DNA from: Acanthaster planci
Lineage: Eukaryota
DNA length: 64,000 nt
Direction: 5' to 3'
NCBI RefSeq assembly: GCF_001949145.1
Contig: NW_019091355.1
Location: 5,095,518-5,159,517, forward strand
Made by a program: the position numbers and the translations under genes. Below the pieces are notes generated by a model. The model was not told the origin of the DNA and made no database searches. It saw only the letters and a list, made by a program, of their open reading frames with translations. Shown piece after piece: positions 1 to 20,399 of the stretch; position 1 is the first letter of the stretch; each line of letters starts with the position of its first letter.

Positions 1-174
1 CGGAACACATACAACGCAAAATGCAGGATGTTGGCGGACTGAGGCAGTGTCCAATTTTTTACACGGAGGCAGTCTGAGAATTTTTGAAGGACTCAGGTTG
101 CATCCCGGCAACAATTTCTGGGGAATGAATATTCTTTGGCAGGGTGTTTTGGGGGTTTTATTCAGATTGTATAC

Positions 175-6260
<6,086 letters not shown>

Positions 6261-7103
6261 GAGATGGCGTCTTGTGAGGAGACTAGTAGGAATGCCTGGA
6301 TGTTTGCTTTCAAGCTGCAGGACAAACAGCATGTAATGAGCATGCCATGCAATATCGTCATTCAATCGTCAAATGAAACAAAATAGGTTAGGCTTGAGGA
6401 AAACATGCCCGGGTGAGCAGACAACAAATACGGAACAACATAATAGTCTGGTGCAGGATAACTTGTTCACTACAAGTACTAGGTTATGGAGGAAATGTCT
6501 GGTACCCAAACAACCTCTGTTCTCTATTCTCTCCACGGTCATGCCACCATACAGCCAAGTGGTTTATTATTTGAAGAAGTTTGGCATCTACTAACCTAAT
6601 GTTAACGTCATCAGTCCCAATGCTTCAAAGTGTTATCAACTTAGCTTACATGACTTCAAATGCAATCCTGCTTACAGAAGAGTGAGTCAGCCTAGGTCTG
6701 TTTTACATATTTTACAGCACTAAGCCTTGAAGGTTTTGGTATGAGCCTATCACACCTGTCACAGTGGAAGGCATTAGGCCCAGGCCTAATGTCAGTCCTG
6801 CTTACACAGCAAGTCTCACTTTTACTTTTAGGTCAAGTCCTATCATAACTCATCCTTTTTCACCTTGCCAAAAAATTGAAACAATTTGACGTTTCTTCCT
6901 CTAAATCCTACCAAAATGGTTTTTAAAAGGTGCAAGTGTGTGATACAATACAAAGACAAGCTTGAAAAAAGGTGTCCCCAAATGTAAGGACACCACTTAA
7001 CAAACAAAAGCGTCAAACTGATACCAATAAACATGATGAATGTCACCCAGTTCACTCCAATCCATCACATCAAGCCATCAAGTCACAAGTTATTGGTTCT
7101 TAC

Positions 7104-7134
7104 TTGTCACTGGGCTTGTGAAGATCTGACTCTT
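7104..7134 (-). other. Candidate 31-nt non-coding 5'UTR exon of PARG
   Basis: On the minus strand it reads cctttctag|AAGAGTCAG...GTGACAA|gtaaga. The next exon begins at an acceptor (tcctgcag|, 6314) upstream of the ATG at 6260. Confidence 0.4.
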
Positions 7135-7204
7135 CTAGAAAGGCTGTGATTAGACCATGGAGTGGACTAACACGAGTAATATGACTAACATTAGCGTTAG
7201 CCTA

Positions 7205-8127
7205 CAGTCGTTTTCCTGGTTCCGGATTGCGAAAATTATTCAGTCAGATTGCTGCTACAAAAATATCCTCAAATTCAGGTGAAATATGGTCAGGAGTCCA
7301 CCTCGTGTGTTGGAGGTACTACTGAATTATTTTCAAAATCTTAGCTTTTAATTTGAACATACAAGATCAAGGAAAGTGACGAAGACACTTTTCCTAGTTC
7401 TGGATTGGTTAAACCAGTTCCGGATCGCGACAAAAACTTTTTCACAAATAAAAGGTAACTACGTGAGAAATCGATTATGCAGCCAAAACCATTATAACAA
7501 GCTGACTTTCTAATGAAGAATTTCTTAATTTAGAGAAAATTGTTTCATAAATAAGAATTCCACTGAATTCCAAAGTAAAACCTGCATAAATTTTGACTTG
7601 ACTTTTCAAGCTGTGTAGCGAGCTATCAACGATACCATCCCCCATGTCGCACAGTTAACGAACCCATTACATCAAGTTCATTTCTCCTCCCTCCATGTAG
7701 TTGAGTGCACAACATGTTTTGTGTGATCCAAAACTAGGAAATAATACACATTCACTTTTTGGCCAATTTTAAAAACGAACGGAAACTCAAAAGTCATTTT
7801 GATTAAACAGACATTAGATGCACAATTTTATGACTGCTGAGTATGAAAATGTATTTGGAATCACCTGTAGTGAGCGATCTGTCGCCTTGTAAATTTTTGT
7901 CCATTTTGGGGGCTTCCGTGATTTTTGACAAACCGTTCAAAAATGTTGAGATGTAAAATGGACATCTGGCCAACATTTCTTTTTTAGAATTTTTTGGGGA
8001 GCAAATTTTGTACAAGAAGCCTACATTTCACCATTCAAGCAGAACTTGTCTTGGAATGTAGAACAGAAGGACAACACCAAAGAGGTAGGTTTATATTTCA
8101 AGCGATCCGGGACTAGGAAAACAACAG
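7205..8127. mobile_element. Non-autonomous DNA transposon (~920 bp) with ~26 bp terminal inverted repeats, Tc1/mariner-like left end
   Basis: Left end is ta|CAGTCGTTTTCCTGGTTCCGGATTGC; the right end reverse-complements to CTGTTGTTTTCCTAGTCCCGGATCGC. Sub-terminal copies of the motif occur at about 7389-7430. Confidence 0.65.
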
Positions 8128-9584
8128 AAAGTTGTGTGTGTCGCCACTGCCGGTTGTTTCAACCATTCCTTCCTCCATGTTTTGACCATGTCAGGATTTT
8201 TTTTTTCTTTCTAAATTCTAATAAAGTAAATGTTTTATGATCAGAAAAACACAAAACAAACATACATCAGAGTAAAAGCATGAATCACACAAAATTCAGG
8301 AAATAGGAAAAACAGGAGATACGTAGAAAGTTTATGAGAGGGGGCCATGAAGAGATGTAGAAAAATGGTCACTATACATGTACATTTGAAATTCTACAGA
8401 CATGACAGAATAAGAATTGAAATTGTCCTTTTTTATAATGAAGACTAAGGGTTTGATTTTTCACAGAAATCTTATAATCTACTTGTCCATATCATATTGA
8501 TTTTGTACAATCTTAACCCTGAAGAGGAAGTTATTTGAGTCTGGAATTTGCATCTGTATAAATAAAACTTAGTACGAAGAAAAACATAAGTCAACAATTT
8601 ATTATGGAGAACATCAAAAAAGAATGTTTGGATGTTTGATAGATCCGTCGGTAAGTAAGTACAGTAGGCTAGGCCTAACTGTAACAAACCTGTGCTACAT
8701 ATACGCAGAATTCAACATTCGGTTCAGAAAGGCTATCAACGGTTCCTTGATTGAGCTTGAATAATATTCGTTTCAAAATCTGGCTGCAGGCCTGCACACA
8801 AAACCAGCCAGCAAATTTAACAATTTTGATAAAGCAATTCCCCGTCTCACACAATGTAAAGAGTCACTGTCAACGGCACCTTGACTAGACTGCACACATA
8901 CATGTATGCATGCTGGGTCAAGGGTTACTGTTTTGCAAGGCAGAGGGCGCTAAACAAGGTTACCGCCTTCGGCAGTTTCACACAACATGCTGGAGAAGCC
9001 TTAGTTTCACTTTCAATATTGGCTTTTAAAGTTCGGGATACCGTTCTATTCCACTCTCTCAAGGTGCATGACTTTGCACAGACAATGAGAAATGAGAACC
9101 AACATGTGCACGTGAGGCTGGATAAGGACAGATAAACAAGATTTCTCTAGATTCAATATTTCATATAACACTGGTTCTAAAGAAATTTACAGGTCACCGG
9201 GAAGCTCTGAAACGATAGGGCAGTCACGGTGGGTACTAGCAAAGGCGCTGAAATGCACTTACACCGTTATGATATTGTGTTTGCACAGAGGGTCCCAACT
9301 CAACTGAGGAATGCAACAACTCTTAGCAACATAGAGAAACTTGTTTGTCCACTGCGTACCCTGAATGGACTGTTTTTAGAGCTGAAATGTTTAACGACAA
9401 AAGGCCGATCGTTTGGGGTTGCCACCACTAACAAATCCGAAACAAGTTTGCTAAGGATGTGAAGTGGCAGTACTTAGCATAAGGTCTACACGGTCGTTAT
9501 CTTAAACAGTTCGGAAAATACACTTTAAAAAGTCTAAACAGCGCAGTAGACTGATCATATTTTCTATAATTATGCCCATGAACA

Positions 9585-9740
9585 GTAGACCATCTCAGCT
9601 CCCTGCATGGGGAACATACATTCCTCTGCTGCCGTTTCGGTGCAAATATTAAACATAGCAACCATCTTTACGCTCACGTGTACCTGTTACTTCAGGTGGG
9701 ACAAAGTAATAGCACTGACGGACTCCAATCTACATGCGCT
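9585..9740 (-). mobile_element. SINE fragment resembling the Nin/Deu central domain
   Basis: TCAGCTCCCTG..GGGGAACATACA..CTGCTGCCGTTTCGGTGCA..TTAAACA resembles the reverse strand of the Nin-domain SINE consensus as I recall it. Confidence 0.45.
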
Positions 9741-10971
9741 AAACGAAATGATTCTACAATGAACATTCAGATAATCCTACAAGTTTCTTTCGCCTCCTCA
9801 CTTATTTCGGGGGTCACGATCCAGATGCCTTCAACTTTCAAGAGAACATAAATGAAGTTCCCACTTCTTAATTGGAGACTTTTAAAAAAGAATTTAATGA
9901 TTCAGATCACCTTTTTGGATTCACTTTTGCCCATAAATTATTTACATCCCTTGGTAGTGGAGTGTTTGCTTCTCTCGTCCGTGTCCGCGATACAATTCAT
10001 CCGTATGTAACAGTTTTTTCCCCTGAAGTTCTCTTAGCAAACACAGGTAATTTGAAGAGCCCTTGTAACCAGGAGAAGGGAACGCTGTCGAGGTATGTTT
10101 AGCAGCCTGCTTGCAGTTTGTGTCAACAACTCTTTTTTTCTAACAAGCATTAAGAGATGTAAGTGTTCCTCTTTCGGCAACTAGTGGAAGCGGGTAGCAG
10201 CATTTGGTCTTTTGAGAGAGAGACAAAACCCCGAATGATTTGGTTGACCGGCTATGGGCCTAAGTGAACATTCCAAGTTTGGAAAGGTCACCCGCTCCTC
10301 ACAGCAGCACATGAATGCATCGTGTCGTCACTGACTTTCAAGATTATAGATTTGATGATGCGTGTCCCTGCACAAGCAACCAACCAGTGAAAATTATAGT
10401 CCGACGGGGCAGTGTCTGTTTTTCAGTCCAGAACCCACCACATCCTGGCTGGAGCTTATATACTAGAAATATGGATCAGCATGCCACCTTCTGCGAAGTT
10501 TGTGATTATGCAAGCTTTCAAATAATGACGTGGGCCTTGTTTTTAGGATATGCCAACATGACAATGTTGGTCGGTTTGAACTACATTATGCATCCATGGT
10601 GAACATTGGTCACGAACGGATAAAGCTGAAAGTGCACTGACAAGTGCACGGACCCTCTACAGTGGTGGAGACAGTTCACAGTTTACAGTGCACCACCAGT
10701 CACGTAGGCTGAGTACAATTACGATTTCCGGGGGTGGTCGCTACCCCCCCCCCTTGCATCCCAATTTCTTTTCAGGACAGAACTGGATTTTGATTTAAGT
10801 CCATCCATACGGAGCGGCAGGCATCAGTCGGTACACGGTACGTTACCTAATCTACATGTACAGGCGGTGCATGTTCGCCAGGGGCCGGCCGCATGCGCAC
10901 TTTGCCAACTAATTTCAAACGTCCCCCCCCCACACTGCAGCGAGGTTAACATCAACTATGTTCGTGTTGGC

Positions 10972-10985
10972 GTTGCCATGGCTAC
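10972..10985. promoter_or_regulatory. RFX X-box
   Basis: GTTGCCATGGCTAC, one mismatch from the palindromic X-box GTTGCCATGGCAAC. It sits in a CpG-richer stretch about 1.1 kb upstream of the 12075 ORF. Confidence 0.55.
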
Positions 10986-12074
10986 CGTTGGCTTCCCCGC
11001 TGCGGTTTGCGACCTTTTACCTTCCAAACATAATTCCGTGGGGGTTCAGAGCACAGTAGTTGGATGAAAATCCTTCACAGCCGTACGGAAATGTGCGCTG
11101 TCAACAAAACAGAGACTATAGCCTACTGGTTACCGGTCTTTGTTCTGTGTCCAGTCTCTGAAACGGCGCCAAAGTAGTTTGATAAGTCGAACTTTAGAAC
11201 CAATAACTTCCTTTGTTGAGTTTGTTCCCGTCAAGTCCTTGCCAAAGCCGAGGGTTTTACGACTACCAAGCTTCGTGGGGACGAGCGGGTCACAGTGCTG
11301 CTCCTGGATTGCTGAGATAAGAAGATAAACATTCAGCTAACCCGACCCTAAAACCTACTCCGTAGCCGAGGGGTGTTACACCTGAGTGCGGGCATGGTGC
11401 GGCTACAGCCCGTTAACCTTGCACACAAAACAACACAGAAAAAAATTCCCCTGGAAGGGTTTTGTTCCCCCGTAATAAATCAAGGAAGCCGTCGAGTATG
11501 CGGAAACCCAGACACAACTCATCATACCGTATCCAGTATGAAAGAAATGGCTGCCTGGGGCGCCGGGGCGGGTGCGATCGTGTTTAGGGTCATCATTCAA
11601 TGTTGATCCATCGCGCCGTGGAAACTGATGTTTGAACTCGATCCATATCGATGGTGTGCGATTTACGAACTTGTTTCGAAGACAAATTCGTCGTTGGCGG
11701 AATACAACTCTGTGCTCGTCTGCAGCGACGTAAACTACTGGAGTAACCGGCCTAGATGACCAAACCAACGAAGTACTGATCAATAGACACGCACCAAACA
11801 GCGAACTAAGAAGGTGTGGCATCACCCGCTATGATATATGCGGATAATGTTTACTCCATTTGTAGGACCATCAGGACCTTGAGTTTCCACGTTGTTCAAG
11901 GAACTTCTTCATTCTTAATCTGGACTTCATTTGCGGCGTACCAGATTTCTACCGACCACTGCGTATAAAGTTTCGGCTTTACTATAAAGATCAAGATATC
12001 AAATGCTCAGATTGTCAGGATAAACCAGTTTATTTGGCTTCGTTACTTTTTGTCGAATCCAAATCACAGTCACC

Positions 12075-12809
12075 ATGAATAGTTCCGATCCTTACGTGCG
12101 GGACCGTGGAATTATAACCACTCGTGACCGCGAGGTGTCACTGCAGCTCCACCGGAAGAATTCCATGCAACGGGAGCAGCTGGGCAAACAGCTGAAGCGT
12201 CTTGACAAGGAGCAGCAAGAATGCATCCGGAGGACACACATGGAGAAGTGCGCCATCTCCCGGGACCAGAAGTGCCTGGTCAGCGACCTCAACAAGTTCA
12301 CTTTCTCTCAGGACGACCCGCCCCTTGCAGACGATGCGTTCGTGGACCAGCAGGCCAGAACTGACGAGCCAACGAGGTCTCCGCCGGCCGTCAGACGAAA
12401 AGAGGCGGCCACAGCGACGCATAAAGCCAGCACGAGGCGCGTCTCGCTGCCAGACGAGCTGCACGACCCGGGCGCTTCCGAGGCGAGTACGAAGGACAAG
12501 GAGAGATTCATCGACCAGAAAAAGAATCGAGAAATCACCAAGCTGAAAAAGGCCTCGCTGAGGATGGAATCAGGGAACAAAAAAGACTCAGACGAGAGAA
12601 AAGGTAAACCGAATATACCCATCAATGCCTGGTACCATGACAACCATGCCAAAGCGCGGGAAAGATCGTCCTCGGTGTTCGATCGTCTGTCAGAAGGCAG
12701 TAACCTCAATTCAATGTCCTCGGAACAGTTCCTGCAACGAGTGAGAAAGCAAAGGAGTCACACCCTACCCCCAATATCAACACGAACAAGAACTGCTGAG
12801 CGTAGATAG
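12075..12809 (+). CDS. Uncharacterised 244-aa protein, single coding exon: N-terminal coiled coil (weakly CCDC190-like) and a disordered basic tail
   Basis: The ATG is in a good context (gtcaccATG) and the codons are GC3-rich like those of neighbouring exons. There is a helical segment LHRKNSMQREQLGKQLKRLDKEQQECIRR, plus the motifs RRVSLP, SVFDRLS and SHTLPPI. A likely acceptor lies at 11865 (ccatttgtag), and AATAAA-like ATAAAA is at about 13257. Confidence 0.75.
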   Translation: MNSSDPYVRDRGIITTRDREVSLQLHRKNSMQREQLGKQLKRLDKEQQECIRRTHMEKCAISRDQKCLVSDLNKFTFSQDDPPLADDAFVDQQARTDEPTRSPPAVRRKEAATATHKASTRRVSLPDELHDPGASEASTKDKERFIDQKKNREITKLKKASLRMESGNKKDSDERKGKPNIPINAWYHDNHAKARERSSSVFDRLSEGSNLNSMSSEQFLQRVRKQRSHTLPPISTRTRTAERR

Positions 12810-13082
12810 GGGTACCTCTTGCCGCTGATCTCTATGCCAAAAAAAAGGGGGATAGCTCATTAGCCATTCTGAGCAGTACTAACAGTGAAACTCTGCACTG
12901 GTTCCCAATCCCTCCATTTGGAAGGTGGGGGGACACCAGTCTTATCATCTCAGATCATTGAAAACAAATCTTTACAAACCTACCGATGGTGGAGTACACC
13001 TAGTAATATGGAAGACGACAACTTCACGTTTTCAGTTGTCTGTCACTCTTCTTAACGGAGATCAGCTGCAAGTGTCCGTCGA

Positions 13083-13637
13083 TTAAAGAGTAGCTGCAAT
13101 GGAATTTACATCTCAGTTAACCTCATATTCAATTTTTGTTTCACTATTTTAAAGGGTATTTTCCTTTTTTTAATGCCGGTTGTTATATCCATATTTGTGA
13201 GCAAACTGTAATGTCATCCCAGGAAGAGAATCTCAATGTTGTATTGGTTTGTACACATAAAAGCTGAATTTTTGTTAGAATTTACTGGCCTCAAATTTTT
13301 CTTGGATGATTCATTGTTCTTTAAGTACATAGCAAAAGGCAAGCATGCATGCCTTTTCTCGGAGATGTTTTCATTGAGTTAGTCATTGAGTTAGTTTTGG
13401 GTTTACCATTTGAACAGAAAAATCTATGCACGGAAGTATGTCTTCCCTAGATGACATCACAGCAACAGCGACCTCAATTGTCCAGGAAAGCATGGGCAAT
13501 TTTTGAGGTTTTTAAAAATTGCACTTTTCAATGCATTTAACCAAAAAGGGATGTCAAATAATTTTCATACATTGGAGAAGAGTATAAAGTTGCAGCAAAA
13601 TTAGGGCTAAAACAAATCCCTTTCTGCTACACTTTAG
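13083..13637. mobile_element. MITE with TTAA-type flanks and AG...CT termini (Kolobok-like)
   Basis: Left end is TTAAAGAGTAGCTGCAATGGAATTT; the right end reverse-complements to CTAAAGTGTAGCAGAAAGGGATTT. Confidence 0.55.
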
Positions 13638-16600
13638 AAGTAACCGAGTTACAGAGTTCACAGGGTTGGTTGTACTTCCCATGCTTTAAACTTTATGATT
13701 ACCTTGCGGAGCCTTCGAGTGGATCACCGGCGAAAATGCTTGTGTTAAATTACCCTACATCAAATTTATTATTTTAATATTTTTGTCTATAAGTCGCCAA
13801 TTCATTTTGTTTGCAGATCTTATACACTTGATTTGTATCGTGTTTTTGCACAATTCTCGGTACGGTCTAGTCACAGGACATCATTATAACATGATAACTC
13901 AACTGTGTAATTGGTGCGAGGTATTAAAATGAAAATGGGGTCACTGGTGTCGTTACAAAGTTCTCAACTCCATACAGAATTTAAGTTACCAATTTTTTTA
14001 AAGGCCAGGAGGTTACACAGATTAAGTCTCCTCCCTATATAATGCGATCCAAGGAAATCTTGTCACAGCACACACACAAAAAGGAAGCACGATACCAACT
14101 TGACAAATTATTATGGCTTCACGAAATTCGCGTGTTTTATGTATATATTTCTTAGCGTGTTGAGGGGCCGACGGTACACTTTTTATGGCGCTTGACGGGG
14201 TCCAGTCTGCTGTAACTCAGTTCATACTTTACGTCAAGTTATCTCGGAGTGAGTTCAGTGAATTTGCAGTATTCCACAATAGAATGGAATTCGCTTCGGT
14301 TTAGGGTTTTAGCGCGAAGTGTGAACAGATCCAATAGGCCCAATACGCCTTTCTCAAACTAATTTTTATCTTGAAAAGGCGCAATGTCTCGTCGCTCAAA
14401 ATAAATAATTCCAGAGATTCATAATTTCAGCATTTTGAGCCCTCAGTAATAAGGTTCTGTATACCATGGTGATTTATTATTGATGGGCTCATAATTATGG
14501 CGTTTAGTTTCAACGAGATTTATGTTCAGAGAAGGCGCCATAAACGCTTACATTTTCTTGTACTTGAAATCTTATTACAGGATTTATATTTCTTTATTAC
14601 AAATTATGTAATCTTTTATGCAGTATGTACATAATAAAATATTGGAATCATAATTATACATGTAGTGGTAGCAACAGGGATTAATTGGTGAAAGGTGACC
14701 AGCCTTATCAGCCATTTTAAAGAGATTCACTGTGTATTGCATTATAAGCCATACACCACTTCAAAAACTGAACAGTTCGGTGCAAATCATGCCTCTTTTC
14801 CCGCGCCTAATTAGACCCACTGCAAGATTTTGGAATAACCTCAAGTTTCATCTCAGTCTGGGCTTCATCACATTTTCTGTAACCAGTTTCGAATAAGGGT
14901 TTATAGTCTGAACCAGATATCATGATACTATTCTGGGACTCATTATTTGTGACAAGAATATGTCTCTGCATCAGGAAATGATGGAGCTGAACTGAGTTGG
15001 AGGGCCAAGGCTGCATGTTCCTGAGGGCAAGGGACTCGCGGCAGTAAACTGACAAACGTTCAAACGCTGGAGGGGTCATTTCCGAGGTGTTTTCAAGCAA
15101 AGTGGTTATTTTCACCCCTTTTTTCTTTTTTGTCTTTTTCGTTTCTTTTTTCCCCTCCCCCTTTTTTTGTAAGGGAGCGTCTGCCCCCACCCCCGAGCAA
15201 CGCCCACGGCCCCAATCAGGGGACGTAATGGACCAAACCCTGAAACTGCTGGCGAAGACGAAGCCGGGACTTGGACAACCTCGGACTGTGGGACTGTGGA
15301 CGTGCTTACCGCGGTTTTGCGTATAATATTTGTCTATATGAACATGTCATCGCCAGAACAATTGAAGTGAAAATACTAGACTAAAGTCCCTCGAGACATC
15401 AACAGGCTGACGGATGAAATAACCATTTCATAACCGAAGCTCCCCTTTCCGGAAAATCTGATGCATTAAATGTAAAATGCATGACGCACGTAATCCACAG
15501 AGGTGAACAGAAGCAAAACTGGGACAGTAAAGAATAGATCATAAAATTGCCAAATCTGCATTGTGAAATAAAGAACTGAAACTATTGAATAATTTGTTAC
15601 AAAAATATCAGCAAATTTACTGTTACCTTACTGGTGGCTGCATAGACTTATGTTGTAATTAAACCTGAACTGGACGAGAATTTTGTGTTACACAAGACTG
15701 ACAAAGCCTTTGGCTATGCACCTGTGATATCTGTCCCGACTTCAAAATGCCGTTGCCTTGACAATCTTCAGTCATTCTCATATTGAATCCATCTTGAATT
15801 GCCTCATTACGATATCATGCTCATTAATGCATTTCCCCTTCTAATTAAGGGGAGTGTTTAGGTCGAGGCGGTACAAGGAGAAAATCCACGTGGCATTATA
15901 ACGACTGATCAAAGGTTTCAGAAACTCCGTTTGTGACTTCATCGGGAGAATATTAAAAGACAATACAAAAGATCGACTCATGGGGTTGGGAGGAATAAAT
16001 AGAAAGAATGGATAAGAAGACAGTAGGTCCCATCTCCTAGGAAACGATGACATCAGCCTGATGATCTGCAACACCCTGAATCCCTGAAACTGAGATTGCC
16101 TTGAGTCACACAAAAAAAATTGAAATTCTTATCAAAAACGGTGGATTGCATGGACACATCTGCACTGGCCATGTGGAACTTAAACTTGCATGAGAAGGGA
16201 TTTCAATTCCATCAAGACATAAATCTTCCATGTTAATGGACAGATAGAAACGTAGTTTTCAGACTCGTGTTGACAATCACAGTCATGCACCTGGCTGAGG
16301 GGTACTTTGACATCCGACGACTGTTCCAAGTGTTTCATTAAAGATCCAACAGTTGCAACTGTTTGATCTTTAATGCAACATAAAATTCATAGGACTAACA
16401 ATTATACATGCAACACTCGAGAAAACACAAAATGTAGTAATAAAGTTCACGTATAAGATTATACTGACAAACGGTTAAAACTCATGAAATAAATATAGGA
16501 CTGCGACTGGAGAAAGTACAAAAGTAACTGACATCATCACAATAGAGCAACACAAAAATGAACCAGATACACTTGGTACATGTACAGTAAAGAAGTGAAA

Positions 16601-19600
16601 AATGGCATATGGTATCTGTGTTAGAAAAGAAGTTATTATATTCTCAAGAATATTCCACTTTAAAATTGGATTGACACCTTAGAACAAAATTGGATTATTT
16701 TGACATCAAAACTGACCAACAATAGACAAATCGTGTGATAAAAAAAATCAACATAAAAACAATCAAGTATAAATCAGCCATAAAAAAACTCTTTTATCTA
16801 ATAAAAAGCAGTAGTGTTGCAAATAGGAAAATTTACATCGGCTAAAGAATTTGATCTTAAGCAACTGATAAAATAAGCCTGCAGGGTACAGGAGAAAAAA
16901 ATGCTTGATTACTCAAAAGTGTGGTTATACGAATGGTATGGTTACTGTTTATACCTTTGAGTCCTCGAAAGAGGAATAATTAAGGAGCCGATGAGATTGT
17001 CTGAGATTACGACCAGATGCAGACTGGCGAGATGGAGGCAAAAGATGACGGTGCCTTTCTAACTCAAATAGAGACTGACCAAAGCTCACCGTTAACTGCT
17101 TACCTCCAGCATAAGAAAGCAAATGAGGATAAGCTATTAAACGCAGTGTTCATTTCTGCACGCGTTCAACACAGAGTCTTCAAAATAACAGTTGACCAAA
17201 CAACAGCCCCTGATTCTAAAACGGGAAGAACGTGCATTTCACAACCAGAAAAAAGTCTTGAACAGCAACACCATTAAAAAAACTACTCATGATAAAAAGC
17301 CGTCGGGCGAATTAGTGTTGGTGATGATACGCTCAACCGATTGGTCCCATTTGAGATCGTTTTGAATAATTGCACCAAGACGTTTTATAGATGAAACATA
17401 CTGGAGCTGGGTCCCATTGATAAACAATGCGAGAGGAGGGGGATAATTTCAAAGACACACTGAAACCATTTTTTACATGGATAAAACCCCACGAGGGGCA
17501 AAAACAGTACGGTACTTCGTCTAGAGGCCATTTTTGGGGGGGGGGATCTCAAGGATTCAGGCAGTGCGTGGAGGCCTTTAGGCCCTATGCATTCTTTTGC
17601 GTAACACTCCCACAATGTGCAACTTCCCCGTTCAGTTACATGACGCACATTGTAACCTTGTCATTTTTAAAGAACGGGAGGGGGAGTGGGACTGTAACTC
17701 CACCCCTAAACAGAAATGGGGCGAAGATGTGATTTAATCATCAATCCGTGTTGCGTAAACTATGCCAACAGAGAGGAACCAGTCTGGTTCTCGGGGGAAA
17801 AAAGATTCCGATTATTTAGGGAGACCAATAGGCCTATGTAGGTCCTTTGGCGCTACAACCACAGTCAAAAACGGGAGGAATTTGTTTTCAAACGTTTTCA
17901 AAATTTTACTTCGGGTGTTTTGACTATTTGGCTTACTGCGACGTTTGTGCATGGTTTGATGATATGGATTTAAAAACTGACGGACACGTGCGCGCTGCCT
18001 TTCATGATTTCATAAAGACATCTGATATGTTATGTTATGTTCCCACTTCCCATAGGCATCGAATATTCAGAAGAATACCAATCAAGATGGACTGAGAAAA
18101 AAGCTGAGTTTTAGTTAGAAAGAAATATTCCAAGAGAGTTTTTCCCTCCCCAGCGGCTGTAGGGGTTGGGAGAACATTTTATTCACAGAGAGCGAATGAT
18201 TAGTACTAGGGCCTATATTTGCCGGTTGGAGTGAGATTGAACTGCATTATTTTTTCCCTTGCTGTTTAACGCTTTGGCCTATACACGCGGATTTTTGCAA
18301 CGTACTCTTTTGACCACCCCACGGAGATTTTTTTTTTTCTGCGGGCAAATTGCAAGCTTCGGGCATACTAAAAGCCTTCCATCCTGAGTCATATCTCTCC
18401 CAAAGTTGTTGTTTTTCCCCACCAATCTCGGGAGATTCTCAGTATAGTTCCATGAACCCCATTAGCGCTAGCGGGGAATGAGTATACTCGCTGAGCCGAT
18501 GCCGACTGAACAACACCTGCGTCTCTCCATATCCGTATCGTTTGGATGATGACACGCATGCGCCACAAAATGTCAAGCGTATACGGAGCTTCATCGGAGA
18601 CATGGTGAAAATCTCCACCCCTCCCCCAAAGAAAGCAATAGTGAGAATTCATCAGTCGTAAGTGTGACTTACATGGCATTAAGAAAATTAAAAACCATAC
18701 GGAATCAATCAGTTGTTCAAACTTGTACCGTAATATAACCCCTATACTAACGGACGACCACCAGTCGTACAATACCACTTACAGCGTGCAGGTCTACGCA
18801 CTGGTTGGAAGTCGTGCGCGTGTATAGAGGGGCTTGTGGGGTACCGGAACAATGGGAAGTACCCCATAAGGTACTTGTGGGGTACTGAGACGGTACCCCA
18901 CAAGGATTTCACGAAATAAATATTTCAAATTTACTCCAAAAGGAGGAAGTTTCAAGTGCCATTTATCTGTCGCAAAATGAAGTATTTTAAATAAGGGACG
19001 TTCCGTCGAATTTCCAAAGTAGGAAAGTGAATATGTTTCAAATGGGAATGATTTGAAATTTTTTGCGTGTTGTGTGGGAGTTTTGTTTACGAGAACAAAG
19101 GGAATACCCCACAAGTATAGCTGTGTCAGGTTGTGTGCACAGCCTTGTGCGATTGTCCTGTAAATCAAATACAACCTGTACACGTGCACATAATATAAAG
19201 ACATCTTTCCAAGTGCGCGTTTTCAGTGCGCTTCGACGTAAGCTGTAAAAAGTATCCAATATTGGTACAGCAGTGAAACGCGGCAAGTGGATGCAGTGCC
19301 ATGTGCACACGTAAACAGACCAAACACGCCCATTATGGAAAGGCACTTTTGTACGCGTACGGAGCAGCAGAAAAGATACATGTATGTCCCACCAATACCA
19401 GCACATTCGCAATGCAGTACTAAACATTACACACTAACTGTTTTTAAGCTAAGCCCTCTGTCTGCAACTGATGCAGTTCCAATGGATGGTTTTATTATAG
19501 GTCTACGCTTTGATTATGGATGCCACTAGACTGTCACGCAAAATAAAAGCTGGTATCTGTTCTACTATCGGTGTTATCCTTTAATCACTTGACGGCTGTT

Positions 19601-20399
19601 CTATGCACTCTCGTGGCCAGTCAGTCGTTTTCATTATAACAGCGCATAACTTTAAATTTGCGATATTGCCACCTGTTCCTTTCTGTTTATTCAATAGCGA
19701 TCTCGGCCTCCGTTGATCTTCTAACAATAACCCGCATCAGTTGATCAAGAAGTAGTTTCCATGATCAATTAATCTCCAAAGTTGGAAATAATATAACATT
19801 TGAGCTCTGCAGGTGGAAGCCGTTTTTAGGTGCGCTGTCACATCCTGTATATACATGTAAAGCTCGCTTGATTGCAAAGCACGCGAAAGCCGGCAATGTT
19901 TTACTCGCTGCACACAAACTGACAGTCGGTCAATAAGCTTAGAATTGGGTTCGCTCTTTACCCACCGCCCACACAGTTCGCTGGGAATGGCAAATCATGA
20001 CGTGTTTTTGGTTGAATACTCATTGGACAGAGTTCATTTGAACAGTATCAAGGGCCAACCTTTACATGTGCGCGTGAAACGTGCGCACTGCAAATACATG
20101 CGTAGATTACGACACCAAATAGGTCCCTAACCCACAATGCTTCGCGTGTCCATAGCTGTTCATCTCAGCGCTGGGCGACAAGCAAAGGAATTGAGTGGAC
20201 GGTCAACTCTCAGTTCAGCTTTAATAAGCCAGTTACAGGTCAACCTTGTTCCCGAGGGTACCATCTTTCCACGCCATGTTGGTTCCCACCATGCCTTTCG
20301 CGATCTTACGCGCATACATGCAGCAAATGGAGCCGAGCTTAATTCCAGACACCAAACAACGAAAGCGAGACGTCACTGACGCAGTGGAGGAATCACCGT

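Noticed and set aside
11403..11825. 140-aa minus-strand ORF with a signal-peptide-like start
   Set aside because: It starts at GTG (with an adjacent ATG), shows no recognisable homology and lies in the probable promoter or first intron of the 12075 gene.
12092..12709. Antisense and alternative-frame ORFs over the 244-aa gene
   Set aside because: These are shadow ORFs expected from GC3-rich coding sequence.
17017..17277. 86-aa ATG ORF (MQTGEMEAKDDGAFLTQ...)
   Set aside because: No motif, splice partner or codon bias like that of the real exons. It cannot be supported without expression data.
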